Shown piece by piece: positions 17,104-26,813 of a stretch of 64,000 nucleotides of DNA. Below the pieces are notes generated by a model that made no database searches, was not told where the DNA came from, and worked only from the letters and a program-made list of their open reading frames with translations. The DNA lies in contig CAYTED010000004.1 of assembly GCA_964436855.1 (NCBI GenBank), forward strand, positions 67,627 through 131,626, given 5' to 3'. Every line of letters begins with the position of its first letter. Position 1 is the stretch's first letter. The DNA is from an uncultured Bdellovibrionales bacterium. GTDB taxonomy: Bacteria > Patescibacteriota > Minisyncoccia > Moranbacterales > UBA1568. Made by a program: the position numbers and the translations under genes.

Positions 17104-19593
17104 CTACGCTTCCCTGGCAATCCCCGTCCGCTCCATAATTTCACGATTGACGATATCGGCATCGCGACCAAAACGGAGTCGCGAGAGTTCCTTTAGGGCA
17201 TTCGCGATTTCCTGATTGCCGTTTGTCGGCGCGTAGGTTTTCATATTGAACGGCTTTGTGAGCTCGTTATTCATCAGAAGTCGCGCAAAACAGTTTCGAT
17301 TATCCACATTCACCAAATCCTTCGCCGTAAAGACCGGCCCGAATTGCTTCTCCAAAAACTCGCCGTCTTCGGGACCAACACGAAATGCAATCATTGAACC
17401 GACGTTCCCGAACACCGCTTTCGAAATCTCTTCTTTGAGTTGGGCGATAAATTGATGCGCGATCACAAGCACCAAACGATACTTCCGCGCTTCGGAGAGA
17501 ATCTGCGCGATCGAATTCGTCGTCACATTTTGAAACTCATCCATATAGAGATAGAAATCCTTCCGATCCGCCTCGGGCGTATCGACACGGGAAAGCGCCG
17601 CCATAAGAATCTTCCCGACAATCACCATTCCGAGAAGTCGCGCATTAATCTCACCGATTTTTCCTTTCGAAAGATTCACGAGAATGATTTTCCCGTTATC
17701 CATCGCTTCACGGAAATTAATCGTGCTTTCCTGTTGCGCGATAATCGGCCGCATCAAGTCATTTGAAATAAAAGAAGTGAGTTTCGAGGTAATATACGGC
17801 ACCATATTGGCAAGCGCCGCCTCGCCCCCCGCCTTCTCCGCTTCTTTCGTCCAAAAATCATACACGACCGGATTTTTGCATTTTGACAATTTATACCGAC
17901 GAAAATCTTCGTCCGCGAGCACTTTCGAGATTTCCATCAGGGTCGATCCGCTCTCCGGATCCTCCATAATAAGAAGCATCGCATTCCGCATATACTGCTC
18001 AAACATCGGGCCGCCGGTCGCCTTCAAATCATACAACTGATCAAAAATGCCGATCATTTCGTTAATAACGAATGTTTTTTGTTCCGGATGCGCCGCATCG
18101 AATTCCATCATATTCATTCCGATTGGCCGTTCAATATCCGACGGATCAAAGAGAACCACATCTTCGGCACGCTCTTTCGGAATCGCCGTCAAAATATCTT
18201 CAATCGCATCGCCATGCGGATCGATAAAACAAAATCCTTTGCCATTCCGCGCATCCTGCTTCGCCATTTCCTGCAAAAAAACGGACTTTCCGACACCGGT
18301 CTGACCGATCACATACATATGACGTCTTCGATCCGTATCGGTAATGCGAACAGCCGTCTCCGTACCGCGATAATCATTGTATCCGAGTTTGATTCCTTCT
18401 GTCGGAATATTGACCGGCGGCGGCGCGGCACCGGCCTTCAACCATTTGATTTTCGGCGTCTCCACCATCGATGTTGGCACATGAAACACGCTCGCCACTT
18501 CTTCAGTCGAGAGAATCATCGCATGTTCCTCATCGAAATTCCGGAAAATATAATCAAACGCCGATTGTTTCCGTTTCGCGCGCTTGCGAACCCGAAACGA
18601 ATTCACTTCCGGATTTTCAAATTGCGCGAATGCATTTTCGATATGTGCGAGAATCTCGTCGGCGCGCTCGATTGTTCCCGCCGATGTAACCAAACGAATA
18701 TTGACCTTAAACGCCTGTTTCGAAACCTTCGCATCAATCTGTTTCACAAGCTCCTGTTCTTCCGGTGTAAGCGATACCGGCGTTTCGTCTTTCTTGGCGG
18801 ATCCGATTTCTTTCCCCGGAATCATGATTTCGGCAAGCCCCTGACCAACACCCTTCCCAACCGATTGAAGTACCGAACTCCCTTGAGCGTCTTTGAGACG
18901 TTTTCCTCCCTGCATTTTTTGAGCGATATCGCGACCTTTTGAACGCCATCCGCTCCCCGCGGGCGCAAGAACAATCTGAATCGCCGCGCCTTCGTCGGTT
19001 GAATTCAATTTTGAAAGCGCATTCGTCACTTCCGACAGCGGATCGACATTGAGCGTTCGGTAAGTCTTAATGGGAAGCGCATACGATTTTGACAGCTCGA
19101 GAACCGAAAAGGCGGTCGCGCTTCCCGGCGTAAAAATCGTATAGTCCGTTACCTTTTCAACAACCGCGTCGGGGAAAAATCCGTGCAATTGCTTCTCGAT
19201 CGACTCGCGAAATTTCTTAGGAACGGCAAGATAGAAAAAAATTTCCTCTTTGCCGGACGGATTTGCGATCTCGAAAATAATATTCGGCGTCTCATAAAAC
19301 CACGACCGCCACCCGAGCTTTCGTTTCATCGTGGCAAGCGTTCCGAGAAATTGTTCCATAGCCGCCACTTCTTCTTTCCATTTTTCCGCACCCGGCTGCG
19401 TATTCGTATCATCCCGCTTATCGCTTTTCGCGACACGGATCACCTCAAGATCCATCGCGATCGACCGACTCACCTGAATTCGAAATCGAAAAAAACTCCG
19501 GACTATGAGAAAAATCCCGGAACAAAACGTCAACACTCCGAAGAGGAGCGTTATCGGAACGAGAATAATGTTTGGATCGAATCCTCCTGACAT
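17104..19593 (-). CDS. TraG/TraD/VirD4-family type IV secretion coupling protein-like ATPase (FtsK/HerA superfamily)
   Basis: N-terminal TM helix. Walker A YVIGQTGVGKS, IDPHGD, Walker B FYLYMDEFQNV, and RKYRLVLVIAHQFIAQL (T4CP family Q-x-x-Q-L motif). Strong SD (GGAGGA) before the ATG at 19591-19593. Confidence 0.6.
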   Translation of the reverse strand: MSGGFDPNIILVPITLLFGVLTFCSGIFLIVRSFFRFRIQVSRSIAMDLEVIRVAKSDKRDDTNTQPGAEKWKEEVAAMEQFLGTLATMKRKLGWRSWFYETPNIIFEIANPSGKEEIFFYLAVPKKFRESIEKQLHGFFPDAVVEKVTDYTIFTPGSATAFSVLELSKSYALPIKTYRTLNVDPLSEVTNALSKLNSTDEGAAIQIVLAPAGSGWRSKGRDIAQKMQGGKRLKDAQGSSVLQSVGKGVGQGLAEIMIPGKEIGSAKKDETPVSLTPEEQELVKQIDAKVSKQAFKVNIRLVTSAGTIERADEILAHIENAFAQFENPEVNSFRVRKRAKRKQSAFDYIFRNFDEEHAMILSTEEVASVFHVPTSMVETPKIKWLKAGAAPPPVNIPTEGIKLGYNDYRGTETAVRITDTDRRRHMYVIGQTGVGKSVFLQEMAKQDARNGKGFCFIDPHGDAIEDILTAIPKERAEDVVLFDPSDIERPIGMNMMEFDAAHPEQKTFVINEMIGIFDQLYDLKATGGPMFEQYMRNAMLLIMEDPESGSTLMEISKVLADEDFRRYKLSKCKNPVVYDFWTKEAEKAGGEAALANMVPYITSKLTSFISNDLMRPIIAQQESTINFREAMDNGKIILVNLSKGKIGEINARLLGMVIVGKILMAALSRVDTPEADRKDFYLYMDEFQNVTTNSIAQILSEARKYRLVLVIAHQFIAQLKEEISKAVFGNVGSMIAFRVGPEDGEFLEKQFGPVFTAKDLVNVDNRNCFARLLMNNELTKPFNMKTYAPTNGNQEIANALKELSRLRFGRDADIVNREIMERTGIAREA

Positions 19594-19726
19594 TGTGTTT
19601 TGTTTTCTCTTTAAAACATTTCCCCGAAAAATCCTTTTCGGAAAGTTTTTTCGCTGTCCGGTCCGCCAACTGGCAGATTAACCGGCAAGAAAAAGATTTT
19701 CGCAAAGGATTTTTCGCAAAATAACA

Positions 19727-20164
19727 CTACTCTTCCTGAATCATTCCCTTCGCCTTCAGCGCCTCATAAAATTTCTCCGCGAGCTCATCGTGCATTCGAT
19801 CCAAAACATAAAAATCATTTAATTTCCGTGCGACATTCACGGCATGCGCGATACCTTTTACCGTCGCAATCTGCACGAGCTCATTCACCTGACTTTCCGC
19901 ATCCGTCATCCCGGCAACGCTCTGCGCGTCACTCGCAATCGCCGCCGTATCGTCTGACTGCTGCGACCCGGCGCCACCGACGCGAGAGAGAATGTTCGAG
20001 AAGTGGAGCTCCGCCTTCTCGGATTTCTTTTCCTGTTCGGGAGAAGTTTCGGTCGGCATCGCACCGTCCATATCCTGTTTTTCTTTAGATACTTCAGCCG
20101 ACACTTCACCCGACTGCGCTCCCTCCGGATTCTTCTCATCAAAAAAAATAATCTCTTCAGCCAT
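19727..20164 (-). CDS. Hypothetical acidic protein
   Basis: ORF track 19727..20191. No recognisable domain. Co-directional with the VirD4-like gene. Confidence 0.35.
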   Translation of the reverse strand: MAEEIIFFDEKNPEGAQSGEVSAEVSKEKQDMDGAMPTETSPEQEKKSEKAELHFSNILSRVGGAGSQQSDDTAAIASDAQSVAGMTDAESQVNELVQIATVKGIAHAVNVARKLNDFYVLDRMHDELAEKFYEALKAKGMIQEE

Positions 20165-20221
20165 ACTCGATAAACAGTCAACAATTAACAAGAAAATCTC
20201 TCCTCTTCATTCCACGAGACT

Positions 20222-20536
20222 CTAGATCGCCACATCCTTCTTCATCTCCTCCTTAAAATCCGCTACGATCTTCTCAATCATCGCCTCATAATCCGGAATT
20301 TTCGACTCAAAATACCGCTTCACCTCGTCTTCGCTCGCCCCATTGTCGACCATTTTCTCATATTCCACAACTCCGTCCTCTCCAAGTCGATCAAAGGTAT
20401 CAACCATAATCCTCTTAATGAGTACCTCCCCCATTTTCCCGATAAGCTCAAGCTGCTTTTCTTCCGGAAGCGATGCGAGTCCCATTTCTTCCACAAGATT
20501 TTTAAACATTGCCTGATAATCCGCTGGTGTTGTCAT
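20222..20536 (-). CDS. Hypothetical small acidic protein (104 aa)
   Basis: Clean ORF in the same operon-like run. No recognisable domain. Confidence 0.4.
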   Translation of the reverse strand: MTTPADYQAMFKNLVEEMGLASLPEEKQLELIGKMGEVLIKRIMVDTFDRLGEDGVVEYEKMVDNGASEDEVKRYFESKIPDYEAMIEKIVADFKEEMKKDVAI

Positions 20537-20562
20537 ATGTTTTTATTTATCGAATATATAAA

Positions 20563-23500
20563 TTATCGTGTCGTGGTAAAGAGTCCCGAGATACCAATCC
20601 GTTGACCCTGCTGAACGCTTGGGGCGATATGCTTGAGGTAATCCCCGACCGTCGCATTTCTGTGTCCGTTATAAAATTCAACCAAGCTCGGAATTTTCTT
20701 GTCACTGGAAAAGTCCACAAAATTCTTCAATTGATCGGCATTGAGTCCGGTAATATAACCCGAAATATTGCCAGCCTGAAGCAATTTCACGTCTCGCGCA
20801 ATATTGGAGAGGCTTTGATCTAAAAGTTTTTTCTGAATTTCAGAATTCGTAAGAGATACAATATTCTCATTTTCCGGCGTACGAAGAAGATCCCTTGACC
20901 AATCCTCGACGCGCGGCCGATATTTCACCACGTCAAGATTAGACTGCAATTCCGAGATCTGCGCGGACGCGGTATCAAGCTCTCCGCGAAGCGCTTCCTC
21001 CGCTGAATGATCAATACTCGGAGATGGTTCCGGAATCGCAATAGGGATTGAGTCGGGAGGAACTTCAGTCGATGACGGTACCCCCGAGATCCCGCGTCCA
21101 TGCACGGCTTGCCCCGTCACCCCCGAACCTTGCCCGAGAATTTCTTCGTCGATAACCTTGTCGGTCAAACGCTCACCCGGATGCGCTTTTATCCACTCGG
21201 CGATTTTCGCATTATTCTCGGCAATACTTTTCGTCGTCGCGTCCGAAATCTTTTCCGCACCGGAAACCGCTTTTTCGATATCCGCCGCCGAAAATGCCTT
21301 ATCGAGATTGATTGTTTCTCCCACACGAAGAGCATCAATATCCTTACTCCCAAATCCAAGGTCTTTTAATTTTTCCGGCGAAAATGTTTTCAGCTGATTC
21401 TTAAGCGTATTGATCGCATGCGTCTGTCGTTCCGGATCAAGATTGGCAAACCTCTCGTTCTGAATGGCAAGATGTTTCTCGAGAATTTTCCAGGTATTGT
21501 CTCCTTTTGAAACTTCAAAAGACCCAAAATTCCCGCCAGAAGAAACGGATGGGACGGCTTCTCCTGAAGAAGATGTGGCTCCCGCATCAGCGAAAACATT
21601 CTTCGTATCAGCTGTTGGTGCTTTCATCGACGCACCCGGATCAGCACCACCCCCTCCAGGCGTATTCACTCTTCCGACAGACGGAGTTTTAGCACCAGCA
21701 CCCGTGTCTCCGGGCTGTGGTCCGGCGGGATAAGCTGGAGCGGTATCGCCCGAAAAAAACATCGAATCAAGTTTGTGAATCAATGCGCCACTCGCAAATC
21801 CTAATACACCACCAATGGTCAATGCTGCGATTTTTCGAGCGCGAAATCCAAACTTTCTCCGAGAAAGGTTTGTATCCGCTTCTCGAGTGGTTGCCCGCAA
21901 AAGCTCATCAAGTTTTGCAAGCTGCTCTTTGATATCCCCAGACCCTCTTACTATTTCTCCGGATTCCAGCACATCATTTTCAAGTCCCCTCTCTTGGAAA
22001 GACGTTGCGATTTTTTCAAACGCCGAATCTGCAGTTACAAAAGCCCCGGCCGTTAATGCGGCTCGCCGAACAAGTATCAATCCGGCGACCGCCGCAACAC
22101 CGCCGGTTGCAATGCTCGCTCCCGCAAGTGCAAGACCGATTGCTGCTTTTGTTTTCCAGTTCAGCTTGTTGTATGCCTTCCCGACATCTTCAAATAGTCC
22201 CAATGCCTTGGCAGGAATTCCCTCTCGTTTTGTTCTCGCATCGGTCCATGCCTTGTACAATTCAATCTTTGACTCGGCTCCAAAATATCGAAATTCGATT
22301 GCCATTTTCTCCCGTAACTCCTCTTCGGAATGATGTTCCGATTTCAAACGCTCAAGACGGGCATCGATCAGTTTATTTAATGTTTGCTGGTAATGTCCTT
22401 TATGAAACTGAATATCCTTGTCGGCATCTTTATTCTGGCTCCCGATATGGAGAATGGACTTGATCCGCGCCCACGCACTTGATTTTCGATACTCCGTTTC
22501 CGCGTACGCCTTGCGCGCTTCGGCAAGCTCGGCGGTCAGTCGAGTAATTTCGCCGTCAAGTTCGGAAACACCAGCCATATCCTTCGCACGCGCATCCATC
22601 TCCTCGACGCGTTCTTTGAAATCTTTCTTGTGCTTGTTTTCAAGCTCATCTTCCATTTCCTCTCGAGCCGCTTTCCTTTGATCTTCCGTAGGATTCAGAA
22701 CATAATTTCCGTTATTATCCTTAAAATACACCGCGCCATTCTTCACGAGTTCGGCATCCGAAAGTTTTCGCGAGGCCATAAGCGTCGCCATCTCTTCATC
22801 GGAATATTCTCGCCCCTTCACTTTCTTTTTCTTCTTGTCAAATTCCGCATTTTCTTTTTCAGCGGATTTTCGTAATTGTGCATTTTGTTCATCCGTAAGT
22901 TGTAGACGCAATCGATCATCTCCTTTCTTATCCTGCCTTGCTTCATCGGGAACATATTTCGCCCCACGGCGAATCAAATCCGCTTCTCCAAGTATCCTCT
23001 CTCCTCTTATCCGTGTCTCTTCATCTTCCACTGCATTCACTGGTTCGGGGGTTGCTGGACTCGGAGGAGTCGCGACTGGCGTGGATGGGATGGGTGGGAT
23101 CGGAGTCGGTTGGGAAGAAACTGGTGGCACAGGAGGCATTTGAGACGGTGTTGTTGGCTGCACGGAAGGCGTAGCCGAGGCCTGATTCGGAGCCTGTACG
23201 GCTGCCGGGCTTGAAGAAGGTGTGGCTTCTTTAAGAATCCATGCGCCCTGCATTTTTTTCACAAGTTCCTCAATATTAATAGGTTTTCCGCTTCCTTTTT
23301 TCCCACGAAAAAATACATCTCCTTCACGATAAAGATTCATTTTCGCACCCCCACTACTCACCAGAACAAAAACTTCTCCGTCAGCAACCTGTAAAAGACG
23401 CTCCCTGTGTTCAAGAGTTGCGTCCGGAGGAACCGCAGCAAAGTTCTCCATATCATTCTGCATGGCTACAAGATGTGCGGCAATACTTGTCAATCCAGAT

Positions 23501-23664
23501 GCATCGACATCCGGAATATTTTGTGGCGCGCCAGGATCAGGATTCGGGGGCATGGAGGCAGTAGCTGCAGGATTTTTACCAAGATCCAAATCCGGAAGAT
23601 TCGCCCGGGCAGCATCAGCAGCCGCACTGCTTGCTGCAAGCGCTTGCTGTAAAAGATCGTCCAT
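20563..23664 (-). CDS. Very large hypothetical protein (1034 aa) with Pro/Thr/Ser-rich linker, coiled coil, two TM helices and Gly-rich segments
   Basis: ORF track 20563..23727. ATG at 23664 (MDDLL) preceded by GGAGG. PTS-rich stretch TPSSSPAAVQAPNQASATPSVQPTTPSQMPPVPPVSSQPTPIPPIPSTPVATPPSPATPEP. TM helices AAIGLALAGASIATGGVAAVAGLILV and IAALTIGGVLGFASGALI. Confidence 0.5.
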   Translation of the reverse strand: MDDLLQQALAASSAAADAARANLPDLDLGKNPAATASMPPNPDPGAPQNIPDVDASGLTSIAAHLVAMQNDMENFAAVPPDATLEHRERLLQVADGEVFVLVSSGGAKMNLYREGDVFFRGKKGSGKPINIEELVKKMQGAWILKEATPSSSPAAVQAPNQASATPSVQPTTPSQMPPVPPVSSQPTPIPPIPSTPVATPPSPATPEPVNAVEDEETRIRGERILGEADLIRRGAKYVPDEARQDKKGDDRLRLQLTDEQNAQLRKSAEKENAEFDKKKKKVKGREYSDEEMATLMASRKLSDAELVKNGAVYFKDNNGNYVLNPTEDQRKAAREEMEDELENKHKKDFKERVEEMDARAKDMAGVSELDGEITRLTAELAEARKAYAETEYRKSSAWARIKSILHIGSQNKDADKDIQFHKGHYQQTLNKLIDARLERLKSEHHSEEELREKMAIEFRYFGAESKIELYKAWTDARTKREGIPAKALGLFEDVGKAYNKLNWKTKAAIGLALAGASIATGGVAAVAGLILVRRAALTAGAFVTADSAFEKIATSFQERGLENDVLESGEIVRGSGDIKEQLAKLDELLRATTREADTNLSRRKFGFRARKIAALTIGGVLGFASGALIHKLDSMFFSGDTAPAYPAGPQPGDTGAGAKTPSVGRVNTPGGGGADPGASMKAPTADTKNVFADAGATSSSGEAVPSVSSGGNFGSFEVSKGDNTWKILEKHLAIQNERFANLDPERQTHAINTLKNQLKTFSPEKLKDLGFGSKDIDALRVGETINLDKAFSAADIEKAVSGAEKISDATTKSIAENNAKIAEWIKAHPGERLTDKVIDEEILGQGSGVTGQAVHGRGISGVPSSTEVPPDSIPIAIPEPSPSIDHSAEEALRGELDTASAQISELQSNLDVVKYRPRVEDWSRDLLRTPENENIVSLTNSEIQKKLLDQSLSNIARDVKLLQAGNISGYITGLNADQLKNFVDFSSDKKIPSLVEFYNGHRNATVGDYLKHIAPSVQQGQRIGISGLFTTTR

Positions 23665-23701
23665 GCCTCCTCTTTTTCTTGGCATAAGCAATACAAAAAA
23701 T

Positions 23702-25360
23702 TTATTTTGGTTCCTCATTATCAACAATGATCCCCTCTCCCTCTATCACCACCCCAGCCTCTTCATCACCAATACCCCCTTCAGTATCAGAAGCTGTATC
23801 ATTTTCTTGCATATATTTTTTGATCATCTCCCTCACCAGCTGGTGAATTTTCGGGAGCACCGTGTGAGCATCAACATACCCTGCCCACATTGAAACTGTC
23901 TTTTCCGCCTGCTCACCAATATGTTGTGAGATATTCTTTGCAGCATAAGGGGTATTGTTGAGCACACTCACAACCTCAAGTCCACTTGATTCGAGAGACT
24001 TACAAAGTGCTTCCCATGCTTTTTCGAGAACGACCATCGTATTCTCTACTACTTGTTTTCGAATTTGCTCCATTGAAACCAGACCGCGAGAACCCTCTGG
24101 TTGACCTTGTTCGATATTTGCTTGTACGGATCCTTCCCCGGCGCTTGCTACCGATGAAGCTACTGGCGTTGCCTCGCCATCACCACGAGCATCTTCATTC
24201 GCTGCCTTCTTAAAAATCTCCCCCAGCTCCGCTTGAAATTCAGCCGTAACAAGTTTTCCTCTCCCAAATTGAGGCGCCCGACTCTTCGATCGATCCTGCT
24301 TGAATCTTTTGCGAACTCCCTCTAAAATCGGTCGGAATTCCCTACGAAGATCACGGTTGCATTGATCAATCATCCTCTGAATTCCGGATTTTTTATAAAA
24401 GTCAAAGAAATATCTCTCAAATTTTTCCTTCTGTATTTTTTGTTCCTCTGCGCTCCCCTGATTTTTTGTTGTAGTAAACGACTCCTGTATCGGTTTTAAA
24501 ATAATCATCATCTTCTTTGCTTGCTCGGAAAGTCTCTCGCGATCGGAGTCTTTCACAGAAGAAAATTCTCCTTTCGATGCTGCGACAATATCCTCAAATT
24601 TCCTCGGGAGAAACATCCGGAGTTTCATTTTCTTCTCTATAAATTCCTCTCTCTTGTCGCGATTCCCTTGAGCTGGCACCCGAAGGGTTACTTCCTCTAC
24701 CCAACCAATATCATACAGTTTCGGCTTTTCTTTCCCTGCTTCTTCCCGAAGACTCTTCGAGAGATCCCCCTTCATATTTTCGAGAGCAAAACTAAGAATT
24801 CGAACAAGGTATGCTCGCTCGATATCTCTTTCGGCTATAAAATATGATTTTCCGGCGAGCCTTTTCTCGTCTTGTGCAAGATTTCGAAACGCTTGTGCGA
24901 GGCTATTTTCTCCTCGAAGAGAAGGGAGATACAATACTTCATCGGTGGTCGAATGGGGAAAAACTTGGATGAGAGGCACGGAAGCATCAGAGAGGCCCCG
25001 TACATCTTGTTTGACTCTGTCGACTGCTTGTTTGAGTTGTGCCCCGAATGCTCGGAGCTTTTCGGATTCATGCTCTTCGAAGTATATATCAAACCTCGGT
25101 CTTGGCTTTTTTGCTTGATCCTTTTTCGCTGGATTTTCCGGTTCCTTTTGTGGAGATTGCAAGGCAGCATTTTCCGTAGATGGAGAATCTTGCAAAGAAA
25201 AATCTGCAGCCGCCGAAAGAAGCTCTTCGGCATTCGGTTCGTGTGCGTCACCACCTTCAACCGTTTTCGGAGATTTCGGAGCTCGCCGCGATCTTGGTTT
25301 TTTTTCTTGTTCTGGATTTGCCGGTGCTGGTATTGGCATCCCCGGTTCTCTTTTTGGCAT
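23702..25360 (-). CDS. Hypothetical Lys/Glu-rich coiled-coil protein (about 550 aa)
   Basis: ORF track 23702..25399, start uncertain. No recognisable domain. Co-directional with neighbours. Confidence 0.45.
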   Translation of the reverse strand: MPKREPGMPIPAPANPEQEKKPRSRRAPKSPKTVEGGDAHEPNAEELLSAAADFSLQDSPSTENAALQSPQKEPENPAKKDQAKKPRPRFDIYFEEHESEKLRAFGAQLKQAVDRVKQDVRGLSDASVPLIQVFPHSTTDEVLYLPSLRGENSLAQAFRNLAQDEKRLAGKSYFIAERDIERAYLVRILSFALENMKGDLSKSLREEAGKEKPKLYDIGWVEEVTLRVPAQGNRDKREEFIEKKMKLRMFLPRKFEDIVAASKGEFSSVKDSDRERLSEQAKKMMIILKPIQESFTTTKNQGSAEEQKIQKEKFERYFFDFYKKSGIQRMIDQCNRDLRREFRPILEGVRKRFKQDRSKSRAPQFGRGKLVTAEFQAELGEIFKKAANEDARGDGEATPVASSVASAGEGSVQANIEQGQPEGSRGLVSMEQIRKQVVENTMVVLEKAWEALCKSLESSGLEVVSVLNNTPYAAKNISQHIGEQAEKTVSMWAGYVDAHTVLPKIHQLVREMIKKYMQENDTASDTEGGIGDEEAGVVIEGEGIIVDNEEPK

Positions 25361-25413
25361 ATGTTTTCTTAATGATATCAAAAAGGAAGCGACTCGCAAA
25401 ACATTTTTTTAGG

Positions 25414-26742
25414 CTACTTCTTCGAATCCCGTTTTTCGGAAAGCCATTGCAACGAAAGTACCTTCATCTTTTCCAAAGAAATTCCTTCTTTGCTCCCAAG
25501 AAGTTCAAATATCTTCCGTGAAAACGTTTCCGCGGTTTTCGAAAGTGACTCTTCCGAGAGCAAAACCTTCGCAAGTTTTAATTCGTCGCCTTGAACTCTA
25601 AGGAGAAAAAACTTCCAGAATTGCTCAAAAGCATCCTGAATAGCCTGGGGAATCTTTTTTTCTTCCTCTTCAATCTTCGGGATAACTTCCGCAGCAGGAA
25701 AAACTTCTTCTTTCTTGCTGGTGAGAGGTTTCGTCGAACCCTCTCCGGATATTACCGATTGAATCCTTTCATAATCAGCAATACTTAATCCATTCCGCTC
25801 TGAAACAAAACCCCCTTCCGGAAAATGACTCGCATCCGCAACAACTGTTCTCTGTCGCATGTTGAGTTGCTTTTTTCCTGAATTCCCATTCATTCTCTCG
25901 TTTCGTTCCGCATCCCTCTTCGCCTTTCGCTCGAGACGTTCGCGGCGCTCTTTTTCTTCTCGCCCACGGAGAGAATCGCGGTGCACATACGTTCGTCCTT
26001 CGTATACCGCTATTTCGGCGAGTTTCTTGTAGGAAACAAATTCTTCCGGAAGATGTTGGAAAAAATCCCTCATCGCTTGAAGATCAGAAGAAGTGTCTTT
26101 TCCTGCGGAAATTTTTCGCTCATACGCTTCGACAAGTTCCCGTAACACCTGTTTTTCCATATGAAAATGGAGTTGCAGTGCCCAATTGTCTTCTTCGGAA
26201 TTCCCCTCTCTTCCAAGGGAAGAAACTTCCACCCGCTCCATATCGAGAAGTAAGCCTCGTCCGTACACCTCAAACTCCCGTTCCGCTTTGGAACGATTCC
26301 GTTCTTTTTTACCGCTTATCTTGGCACTCAAGCCCGATCGCTCAAGAATTTCCCCGACCTTTTCCGCTGGTCGGACCGTAATATTCTTCTTTCCTTTTTC
26401 AAAAAATCCGACTTCCCGTTCGCCGTTTACTCCATCGGAAACATACTTAACCTCGATATCCGGCTCATCTCCGCGCTGAAGGACATTAGGATCAGACGCA
26501 TATGTGTCGCCCGGATAAATGTCAGGTTGTTTTTTTCTTTCTTTTGAACCGTTATTTGAGGCAACGCTCAAAGAAACATTCGAAGAAGATTCGACGCCAT
26601 CTTGCTTCTTTTTTGGTTGTCTCGGAATTTTTATTCCTGGTGGAATGTTCTCCCACTCTCCTGAAGATACTTTCTTTTTGACAGCGCCCGAAAGATCTTT
26701 CACTTCGAATTGTTTGAAAATACCCGCTTCATTCATTGCCAT
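25414..26742 (-). CDS. Hypothetical charged coiled-coil protein (442 aa)
   Basis: First gene of the minus-strand run. No recognisable domain. Confidence 0.45.
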   Translation of the reverse strand: MAMNEAGIFKQFEVKDLSGAVKKKVSSGEWENIPPGIKIPRQPKKKQDGVESSSNVSLSVASNNGSKERKKQPDIYPGDTYASDPNVLQRGDEPDIEVKYVSDGVNGEREVGFFEKGKKNITVRPAEKVGEILERSGLSAKISGKKERNRSKAEREFEVYGRGLLLDMERVEVSSLGREGNSEEDNWALQLHFHMEKQVLRELVEAYERKISAGKDTSSDLQAMRDFFQHLPEEFVSYKKLAEIAVYEGRTYVHRDSLRGREEKERRERLERKAKRDAERNERMNGNSGKKQLNMRQRTVVADASHFPEGGFVSERNGLSIADYERIQSVISGEGSTKPLTSKKEEVFPAAEVIPKIEEEEKKIPQAIQDAFEQFWKFFLLRVQGDELKLAKVLLSEESLSKTAETFSRKIFELLGSKEGISLEKMKVLSLQWLSEKRDSKK

Positions 26743-26813
26743 ACGAAAAAATCTTTCAATTATTTCTTCTCTTTATGATATAATTATACCATATAAAAAG
26801 AAAAACAAACGGT

